Assembly (NCBI GenBank): GCA_041660305.1
Contig: JBAZWO010000002.1
Location: 196,739-260,738 of the forward strand
Origin: Patescibacteria group bacterium
GTDB lineage: Bacteria; Patescibacteriota; Patescibacteriia; UBA9570
Direction of reading: 5' to 3'
DNA length: 64,000 nucleotides
Under the pieces are notes generated by a model that was not told where the DNA came from, ran no database searches, and saw only the letters and a list, made by a program, of their open reading frames with translations. Position 1 is the stretch's first letter. Each line of letters opens with the position of its first letter. The position numbers and the translations under genes are program-made. Shown in pieces: positions 57,990 to 64,000 of the stretch.

Positions 57990-58607
57990 ATGAAAAAACT
58001 AAATTTGGCTTTACTAAGCTCTTCCCTTTACGTAGCATTTCAATTATTTGCTAATATTTTATCTACTAAAATCTGTTTATTACCTTTATTAAACTTAGCC
58101 GTAGATGGCGGGACAATTATTTATCCTTTTACCTTCACTTTGCGCGATTTTGTGCACAAAACCTGGGGCAAACATAGTGCCCGACAAGTAGTTATTATCG
58201 CTGGCTTATTAAACATAGTAATGGCCGTGCTGTTTTGGCTAATTGGCATTATGCCAGCCGATCCAACTTGGCTTAATCAAGACGCTTATAATGTAATATT
58301 AGCACCAGTTTGGCGCATTACGGTTGCTTCAGTAATTGCTCAAATTATTTCTGAATTAGTAGATACTGAAATTTTTAGTATAGCCTATAAAAAATTTGGC
58401 GATATGTTAGGTGTACTATTTTCCAATAGTATTTCGTTATTAATTGATAGCGTGTTGTTTAGCATTATTGCTTTTGCCGGTATGATGCCATTTAATATAG
58501 TATTACAAATCATTCTGACAAATATATTAATTAAACTAGTAATCAGTATTATTTCCGTACCGACTATAAAGTTATTACCACAACATGTCTCAACGAGTGA
58601 AATATAA
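57990..58607 (+). CDS. yhhQ: Queuosine-precursor transporter (YhhQ/DUF165, VUT family)
   Basis: GGTIIYPFTFTLRDFVHKTWGK, with 6 TM segments. Confidence 0.8.
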   Translation: MKKLNLALLSSSLYVAFQLFANILSTKICLLPLLNLAVDGGTIIYPFTFTLRDFVHKTWGKHSARQVVIIAGLLNIVMAVLFWLIGIMPADPTWLNQDAYNVILAPVWRITVASVIAQIISELVDTEIFSIAYKKFGDMLGVLFSNSISLLIDSVLFSIIAFAGMMPFNIVLQIILTNILIKLVISIISVPTIKLLPQHVSTSEI

Positions 58608-60312
58608 AAATAATTTACTGGCTTATGGATTAGTTTTATTATTCTGGTGTTTAGCTACTGGATCGATTATGAATGCGGCTATCACTTCTGATGAGCTACC
58701 ACATATTGCCGCTGGTTACTATTATTTAACCACTGGTCGTTACGCGCTTAATCCAGAACATCCACCGCTCATTAAAGATTTAGCGGCTTTACCATTATTA
58801 TTACTACACCCAGCTTCTCCTATTAATAGCAGTGCTTTCTCATTAACTGATGAAACTAATAATGAACAATGGAAATGGGGCGAGCTTTTTTTATTCAAAG
58901 CCAATCAACAAACCGACACGCTGGTTTTATTGGCCCGTTTAACTATTATTACTTTTAATACCGGTTTATTATTATGGTGTTATTTTTTAATTAAACAACA
59001 ATGGGATGCTAAAACCGCATTATTACTATTAGTGGCCGTAGTATTTAACCCATTTATATTAGCTCATAGCGCATTAGTAACCATGGATGTTCCGGCTACA
59101 TTATTACAAATAATTAGCTTATTATACGTTACCAGCTGGTTAAAACAATGTGCTGGAATTAGTTTAGTTATTACTAGTGTCACTTTGGCGATATTAACTA
59201 AATTTTCTGCGTTATTGCTTTTTCCGGTGATACTAGTTGGTTTAATATTTTATTTAATTTTTACTCGCTCAGCCAGACCAGCCTGGAAATATTATTTTAG
59301 CCGTTACATTTTTATTGTACTAGCTAGTTTGATTTTAGTAACCAGTGTATACGCCTGGCAAATCCGCCATACCACTACAGCTGACGTTTTAGCTCAGCTA
59401 CAAAGCAGTTATCCGTCAATTCTACCGACTTATGGTTTAACTATATTACAAACTCTAACTAATTTTTCTTTTGGGACGCGCAGCTTAGCTGAATTTATTT
59501 ACGGCAACATATTATTAGGCAGCCGTTTAGGCGTTGGTAATAATAGTACTTATTTTTTTAATCATGTCTATACAAATTTTCAAGTAAGTAACTGGTATTT
59601 TCCGGTGTTATTTTTCACAAAACTACCCTTAGTTTTGCTAGCCGGTCTGCTACTAAGCTTATTGGTTTGGCTACTAAAACTAAAAAAATCCATTACTGAA
59701 CCAGCTCAATTATTATTAAGTATTTATATTATTTTTTATAGTTTACTAGCTTTTACAACGCCTTTACAAATTGGCTTACGCCATATCATGCCAATAATTA
59801 TCATGTTAATTTTATTAATGGCAATAAACCTAATACGCTATTTTAGCACTAAACTTAGGCCATGCTGGAAAATAGTAGCTAAAACTGGCTTAGTTATTAG
59901 TTTAATTATTTTATCAATTAATCTAGCTTATAATTTTCCTTACTATTTAAGTTATTATAACTGGTTAGGTGGCGGCACTTGGCAGGGCTATAAAATTGCT
60001 ACCGATTCTAATTATGATTGGGGGCAAGATGTTAAACTCCTAGCTAATTGGACAAAAGAAAATAATATTACCACCCTTTATGTCGATGTATTTAGTACGG
60101 CCCCATTAGATTATTATCTTGGTTTTAAACCAATTATTTTTAATCCTAGTGATCCTTTACCATCAGCTGGCGCTTATATTGCCGTATCAGTGTTTCAATA
60201 CCAAAATAATGTTTATGATGAATATGTTCCTCCGGAAAAAAAATACACTAATTTACCATTAACCAAAATAACCCGCATCGGTACAACTATTTTTATTTTT
60301 CAAGTGAAATAA
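58585..60312 (+). CDS. GT-C fold (GT39/PMT_2/ArnT-like) polyprenyl-phosphate-dependent glycosyltransferase
   Basis: An N-terminal loop with SDELPHIAAGYYYLTTGRY, more than 10 TM segments and a soluble C-terminal domain. Confidence 0.7.
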   Translation: MSQRVKYKNNLLAYGLVLLFWCLATGSIMNAAITSDELPHIAAGYYYLTTGRYALNPEHPPLIKDLAALPLLLLHPASPINSSAFSLTDETNNEQWKWGELFLFKANQQTDTLVLLARLTIITFNTGLLLWCYFLIKQQWDAKTALLLLVAVVFNPFILAHSALVTMDVPATLLQIISLLYVTSWLKQCAGISLVITSVTLAILTKFSALLLFPVILVGLIFYLIFTRSARPAWKYYFSRYIFIVLASLILVTSVYAWQIRHTTTADVLAQLQSSYPSILPTYGLTILQTLTNFSFGTRSLAEFIYGNILLGSRLGVGNNSTYFFNHVYTNFQVSNWYFPVLFFTKLPLVLLAGLLLSLLVWLLKLKKSITEPAQLLLSIYIIFYSLLAFTTPLQIGLRHIMPIIIMLILLMAINLIRYFSTKLRPCWKIVAKTGLVISLIILSINLAYNFPYYLSYYNWLGGGTWQGYKIATDSNYDWGQDVKLLANWTKENNITTLYVDVFSTAPLDYYLGFKPIIFNPSDPLPSAGAYIAVSVFQYQNNVYDEYVPPEKKYTNLPLTKITRIGTTIFIFQVK

Positions 60313-60419
60313 TAACATTAAGCTATCTTTTTTTTCTAATATTCCGCATAATAAGTTAAGCACCAATTTTGGTGTTTTGCTCGTTAAAATTCTGTAAAAA
60401 GAAAAGAAGGGACAAGATC

Positions 60420-61223
60420 ATGAAAAAAATCGAGACACTTCTGGATCAGTTCGGAACCACAATGTCATATCGTCAACTCGTGGCGGAGTTGGAGGATGCA
60501 GACGAAACCACGCGAGCAACCGTGCTTGTGGCGGTTGCTCAAAAACAAGCCGACTTTTGGGCAGAGTCGGCCGAGTACTACCAGGAGGCGCACCCGCGTT
60601 TGCCTGGGATGAAGGCCCACAACAAGTGGGTCTTGAAAGCCGTTGACGCAATCCCTGGTGACCGTGTACTAGACATAGGGTGCGGGTGCGGTCGGTTCGC
60701 CCCGATGTTTCATCGGGGAATACAGTACATGGGAGTTGATCCCTCCGCTGCGATGTTCGAGATCGCACGAAGAGAGCATACTGGCGACAATATCCACTTC
60801 CTTCAGTGGCCAGATAATACGAAATTGCCGTTTGGGGACGGCTATTTCGACATTGTGCTTGCCAACTGGAGCATTGTGTATATGGAGCCCAACAAGCTCC
60901 AAGCCACACTCTTCGATCTCCGCCGGGTCATCCGGCCCGGCGGACGCTTCGTATTGACCGCCATTGTCGCCAACGCCCGTTGGGGGTGGCTGGCGACGGT
61001 CCGGTCCACCTTCTCCAACCCGCTCGAGACATGGCGTCAACGAGACGCTATTCGGCAGGCCATCCCCTTCGGAAGGTCTATCGGCCTGCTGTTCCCCTCC
61101 TACATGGAGTGGGAACTCGACGGACTTGTAACCCAAGCTGGGTTGCGAATCGTCGCGACCCAACATACCCTCTGGGGCCGCAGCTACGGTATAGTAGCAA
61201 AGCGGCTGTCACAGCCACCATAG
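60420..61223 (+). CDS. Class I SAM-dependent methyltransferase, high-GC (foreign composition)
   Basis: VLDIGCGCGRF (motif I), then GDGYFDIVLAN and RPGGRFVL. The ATG at 60420 is preceded by AAGAAGGGA. The ORF-track TTG start at 60369 is in AT-rich flank and is less likely. Confidence 0.85.
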   Translation: MKKIETLLDQFGTTMSYRQLVAELEDADETTRATVLVAVAQKQADFWAESAEYYQEAHPRLPGMKAHNKWVLKAVDAIPGDRVLDIGCGCGRFAPMFHRGIQYMGVDPSAAMFEIARREHTGDNIHFLQWPDNTKLPFGDGYFDIVLANWSIVYMEPNKLQATLFDLRRVIRPGGRFVLTAIVANARWGWLATVRSTFSNPLETWRQRDAIRQAIPFGRSIGLLFPSYMEWELDGLVTQAGLRIVATQHTLWGRSYGIVAKRLSQPP

Positions 61224-61240
61224 CACATTTTCTTTCCTAA

Positions 61241-61280
61241 GGGGCACCAGCGTTTCCACGCTTCCTACCGCCCCTTTTTT
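61241..61280 (+). terminator. Rho-independent terminator of the methyltransferase gene
   Basis: A two-tier stem: GGGGC...GCCCC encloses AGCGT-TTCC-ACGCT, and TTTTTT follows. Confidence 0.55.
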
Positions 61281-61293
61281 CATATCCAAATTC

Positions 61294-61530
61294 ATGGTAA
61301 CATACCACATTATGGAGGTAATCAATCTATTCTTACTTGCCTTAGCAAGTATCCTAGTTATTTTGGGTGTTATTATTATCGTCAAAAGTCGTGGCAATGT
61401 TAGCAATATCATTTTTGGATTTTTAAATCTGGTAGCCGCTACCTGGTCGTTTACCATCGCTCTATTTCGTCAAGCCGATACTTTATCATCGGCGTTACTA
61501 TGGGATCGGGCTATTTATTTATCAGGTTGA
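61294..61530 (+). pseudogene. Truncated N-terminal stub of a 7TM-type sensor (HisKA_7TM-like)
   Basis: 78 aa with two TM helices and ...NLVAATWSFTIALFRQADTLSSALLWDRAIYLSG, then a stop. There are no downstream kinase or output domains, and it abuts the 3' end of hicA. Confidence 0.45.
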
Positions 61531-61546
61531 GTAATTTAGGTTAATT

Positions 61547-61762
61547 TTAAATAAATAATTCTTTTGAAAGCTTTGATTGTTTTATAATAGCTAAAAACGT
61601 ACCAATTGGAATTGGTTTGTTTGAACCATGTAATGGCACGGGCACAATAATACCTAATGAGTTTCGATAAATACAATGACTGCCTTTTTGTCTTGCTAGA
61701 TAAAAACCATTACTTTCCAAAACTCGAATAACTTCCCTAACTTTTAGTGGCCGCATAAACAA
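61547..61762 (-). CDS. hicA: HicA mRNA-interferase toxin
   Basis: MRPLKVREVIRVLESNGFYLARQKGSHCIY. The likely ATG start is at 61756, overlapping hicB by about 20 nt. Confidence 0.85.
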   Translation of the reverse strand: MFMRPLKVREVIRVLESNGFYLARQKGSHCIYRNSLGIIVPVPLHGSNKPIPIGTFLAIIKQSKLSKELFI

Positions 61763-62030
61763 TTTCCGCTTGAGCCGGAAGTTTGGCCATAACTTCCGTT
61801 ATAATTGGATAAACTTTATTTTTATGAATAATTATAGATTCTCCTTCATGAGCTAATTCCTCTAACCATAATTGTAATACTTCCTGAGCTTTTGCTTTAG
61901 CTTCTTCAAAATCTCGCCCAAACGTAACACAACCAGGAAAATCCGGAAAAGAAACATTATAACCACCTTCTTCAATTGGATCAAACACGGCTGGATATTG
62001 TACTTTAGTTATTTGCTTCTTCATACTCAT
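61737..62030 (-). CDS. hicB: HicB-family antitoxin (short form, no obvious DNA-binding tail)
   Basis: YPAVFDPIEEGGYNVSFPDFPGCVTFGRDFEEAKAKAQEVLQLWLE (HicB/UPF0150 fold). Confidence 0.8.
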   Translation of the reverse strand: MSMKKQITKVQYPAVFDPIEEGGYNVSFPDFPGCVTFGRDFEEAKAKAQEVLQLWLEELAHEGESIIIHKNKVYPIITEVMAKLPAQAEIVYAATKS

Positions 62031-62067
62031 AAAAACTACCTTAAAATATGCGTATTGTCAATGTTAT

Positions 62068-62085
62068 GTCGGGGATACCAGATTT
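62068..62085 (-). repeat. 18-bp duplicate of the tRNA-Pro 3' end (att-like)
   Basis: GTCGGGGATACCAGATTT is identical to 62140-62157 inside tRNA-Pro. Confidence 0.85.
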
Positions 62086-62086
62086 T

Positions 62087-62114
62087 CCGCCAGAGGCGGA
62101 TCCGCCTCTGGCGG
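62087..62114. repeat. 28-bp perfect palindrome centred on GGATCC
   Basis: CCGCCAGAGGCGGATCCGCCTCTGGCGG equals its own reverse complement. Confidence 0.9.
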
Positions 62115-62137
62115 AGAACTGCCTAAATGTGCTTGAT

Positions 62138-62213
62138 TGGTCGGGGATACCAGATTTGAACTGGTGACCTCACGGTCCCGAACCGTGCGCGCTACCAACT
62201 GCGCTAATCCCCG
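62138..62213 (-). tRNA. tRNA-Pro (anticodon CGG), CCA encoded
   Basis: The reverse complement is CGGGGATTAGCGCAGTTGGTAGCGCGCACGGTTCGGGACCGTGAGGTCACCAGTTCAAATCTGGTATCCCCGACCA. It is a 76-nt cloverleaf with anticodon loop TTCGGGA. Confidence 0.9.
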
Positions 62214-62315
62214 CCTACGCTTTCGCTTCGCTACAGCTACGGCGGGCAAGCTCGCCCCGCTATGGCTTTAAAAAGAATAGCAAACATTACCCGGTTTAGA
62301 CAAGTATTTTAATAC

Positions 62316-62421
62316 TTGAATCACTGATTACACCCGCCTACCTCCTAAATCGGAGTACGGCGGGCAAGCAGATAAAATTTAATGATATTATCAGTATTTA
62401 TCAGAATTATCTGTGATTCAA
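62316..62421. repeat. Family-2 miniature element with TIRs, carrying a nested GC-rich hairpin
   Basis: TTGAATCACTGAT (62316-62328) pairs with ATCTGTGATTCAA (62409-62421), a 12 of 13 inverted match. In the right arm, 25 of 26 nt match 43960-43985. The left arm is interrupted by CCCGCC...GGCGGG (62333-62364). Confidence 0.75.
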
Positions 62422-64000
62422 TCTCTTTAACACATATTCTGCCAAATACTGACTGAATAAATATAAGCCTAATACTCCCACGAATATTACTGAAATTTCT
62501 AATGGGCGCAGTACGGTAGGGGTAAATAATAAACAAGTGGTAAATAAGATTAATAATGGAATTGGCAAATAAATAATAAACAGTGGTAAAAGCCACAACC
62601 CATACCACGGTTGAAACCAAGTGGTGCTTAGTAATAATATCGCTACATATGGCATGGTATACGCCAGCCAATCTTTTTTGAATTTTAAACACAACCACAT
62701 TACTAATAACGCTACCACTAAACCAAGCAGGCGAATTTGGCTGATGGTAACATGAAATAATTCTGTTAACCAATATGCGCCAATTGTAAAATATGGTTCA
62801 TTGCCGCGTTCGGTTACCTCATTGGATATACCGGTTAAACTAGATAAAACATTACCAAATGGATAATAAGCCAGCATTACGATTACGGCACAACCAACTA
62901 GTATTGTGATTAACGAAATCATTTTACCAGACATATTAGTTTTAGTTTTTAGCCAATAATATAACGGTATTGGCATTAAAAACCACGAGACGTATTTTAC
63001 TAGCCCGGCTAATAATAAAACTAAAATACTACCGCTATATTTTTTACGTAACAATAAATAATAGCTAACGATAATACCTAGCATGATAAACACGTCATTA
63101 TGCACATCTATAATAACCATTTGGATTAACCAAGGATTTAGAGCAAATAACGCTAACCATTTGGCTCGTTTATTTAATTGTTCTGTAATTAAACCGGTTA
63201 ATTTCCAAAACATAATTACCGCGCCAATTAACGCCGCACTTTGTAATAATTTAATCAACAGTAACGCGCCAGATAATTTAGCAACACCTACTGTAGCCAA
63301 ACCCAATAAATACACCCAAATTGGCCCATGCGTCATGGTTAAATCGCGCCAAGCTTTTACAGTGTAAGACCAACTATCAAATGAAAAATAACTTAACGGC
63401 ACTTGATACGGATTCACCTGATACTGCGACCATAATTTTCCATACAACAAATTCCAATAAATATCTTGCGAACCAATTGGCTGCATTAGTACTGCCATTA
63501 TCAATAACCCGCCAAATAATAATCCGGTTAATATAACCTGTAATTTCCACGGTAATTTAGTGATTAAAATAACATCAATTAACACCACATAACTAATACT
63601 CATGCTAATAAATAACCTGTCCCAATTATCAAACGCGTCAAACTGTTGCACTACTAAAAAATTTGTTGGAGCAAATTGTGTTGACGCTAACCAAAATACC
63701 GCTAACAATATGCCGCCGGCTATCATAAATAAACTAGTATCTATAATTACTCGCGGTTGTACTCTCGCTAAAATACGCCACATGGCTAAAGCCGCTTTCA
63801 GTGAATCTTTTACCGGTCTAATTTTGCTAGTACGGTTAGCATAACGCTGCTCTATCCAAGGCAAAGCTATTTCTTTAATGGTTAATTTTTCTTTCACACA
63901 GAGCACTAATAATTCTGTGTCTAAAAAATAACCTTTTTCTTTGCACTGACTAGCTAAAAGATGTAAGGCTTTTCGAGATAACGCCTTAGCGCCACATTGC
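62407..64000 (-). CDS. Polytopic membrane protein (GT-C/DUF2029-like) fused to an upstream GT2 domain, 5'-partial
   Basis: The ORF-track start at 63906 is a GTG, and the frame stays open to the window edge. That upstream stretch reads ...GAKALSRKALHLLASQCKEKGYFLDTELLVLCVKEKLTIKE, which resembles a GT2 C-terminal region. More than 12 TM helices follow. Confidence 0.65.
   Translation of the reverse strand, partial: QCGAKALSRKALHLLASQCKEKGYFLDTELLVLCVKEKLTIKEIALPWIEQRYANRTSKIRPVKDSLKAALAMWRILARVQPRVIIDTSLFMIAGGILLAVFWLASTQFAPTNFLVVQQFDAFDNWDRLFISMSISYVVLIDVILITKLPWKLQVILTGLLFGGLLIMAVLMQPIGSQDIYWNLLYGKLWSQYQVNPYQVPLSYFSFDSWSYTVKAWRDLTMTHGPIWVYLLGLATVGVAKLSGALLLIKLLQSAALIGAVIMFWKLTGLITEQLNKRAKWLALFALNPWLIQMVIIDVHNDVFIMLGIIVSYYLLLRKKYSGSILVLLLAGLVKYVSWFLMPIPLYYWLKTKTNMSGKMISLITILVGCAVIVMLAYYPFGNVLSSLTGISNEVTERGNEPYFTIGAYWLTELFHVTISQIRLLGLVVALLVMWLCLKFKKDWLAYTMPYVAILLLSTTWFQPWYGLWLLPLFIIYLPIPLLILFTTCLLFTPTVLRPLEISVIFVGVLGLYLFSQYLAEYVLKRLNHR

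Noticed and set aside
60418-61240. Four extra ORFs in the track inside or antisense to the methyltransferase gene: 60418-60909 (-), 60669-61166 (-), 60736-60957 (+) and 60980-61240 (+).
   Set aside because: They are shadow ORFs expected in a roughly 60% GC, stop-poor segment. Only the 60420-61223 frame has a recognisable SAM-binding motif, an RBS and a terminator.
60385-61245. Purine-run motifs (AAAGAAAAGAAGGG on the left, TTTTCTTTCCTAAGGGG on the right) as inverted repeats bounding the high-GC island.
   Set aside because: The match is short, imperfect and low-complexity. The left one is more simply the RBS region.
61547-62030. The hicB-before-hicA gene order as a novelty.
   Set aside because: Both gene orders are known for HicAB modules, so this is not unusual in itself.
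62031-62068. A TTGACA hexamer upstream of hicB as its promoter.
   Set aside because: There is no acceptable -10 between it and the AAGG ribosome-binding site. hicBA may instead be read through from the tRNA-Pro transcript. This is unresolved and not reported as a feature.
62064-62249. 61-aa ORF (MPAVAVAKRKRRRGLAQLVARTV...).
   Set aside because: It is the translation of tRNA-Pro, its GC-rich leader and the downstream palindrome. It is not a gene.
62345-62773. 142-aa minus-strand ORF overlapping the end of the 62407-64000 CDS in another frame.
   Set aside because: It is an alternative frame of a long membrane-protein gene and extends into the repeat region. It has no independent support.
1-64000. 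An alternative genetic code (UGA recoding as in some CPR lineages), CRISPR arrays, rRNA, integrases or transposases.
   Set aside because: Long ORFs read cleanly with the standard code, and TGA is used as a real stop (thrS, miaB, pyrF). I saw no regularly spaced direct repeats, no rRNA-like conserved blocks and no recombinase motifs in any ORF.

Overview
This window is a tightly packed, mostly AT-rich bacterial chromosome segment. My hand counts of single 60-nt lines give about 28-35% GC over most of it. The gene content looks Patescibacteria/CPR-like: small housekeeping genes, LVIVD, DUF3048 and GT39-type envelope proteins, and Asn/Thr-rich linkers. That placement is inference only. I had no BLAST or HMM tools, so every call rests on motifs I could read in the supplied translations and the DNA.

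I support about 60 CDS:
- Seven translation enzymes: proS, lysS, serS, gltX, thrS, gatB, miaB.
- A rod-shape and peptidoglycan set: mreBCD-mrdA, rodA, an ftsQ-like gene and an M23 peptidase.
- Other housekeeping genes: greA, dnaE, a priA-like gene, def-fmt and L25.
- A codA-like/argH/pyrD/pyrK/EamA/pyrE/pyrF operon.
- Several glycosyltransferases.
- A fused MGMT-like/3-methyladenine glycosylase.
- An ECF sigma factor.
- A hicBA toxin-antitoxin pair.

There are two tRNAs, Ala-CGC and Pro-CGG. I found no rRNA, CRISPR array, transposase or integrase.

The signals most worth a second look:
1. A mosaic islet beside tRNA-Pro (60.3-62.4 kb). It holds a roughly 60% GC orphan SAM methyltransferase with razor-sharp compositional borders, a truncated 7TM-sensor stub, hicBA, an 18-bp duplicate of the tRNA 3' end, a 28-bp perfect palindrome and a duplicated tRNA leader hairpin.
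2. A family of GC-rich nested-hairpin elements with TACCTC...GAGGTA termini. There are at least three copies. One is translated in frame as the linker that fuses the MGMT-like and MPG domains.
3. A family of AT-rich miniature elements with 13-bp terminal inverted repeats (TTGAAWCACWGAT). They sit exactly on gene 3' ends and supply the stop codons of four genes.
4. An ECF sigma gene bracketed by 35-bp direct repeats.
5. A PriA homologue whose helicase ATPase motifs are all degenerate.
6. A truncated pyrimidine operon with an embedded, very AT-rich DMT transporter, lying inside a higher-GC block at about 38-56 kb.

I cannot name one complete, clearly novel multi-gene system with confidence. The tRNA-Pro islet and the two miniature-element families are the best candidates.
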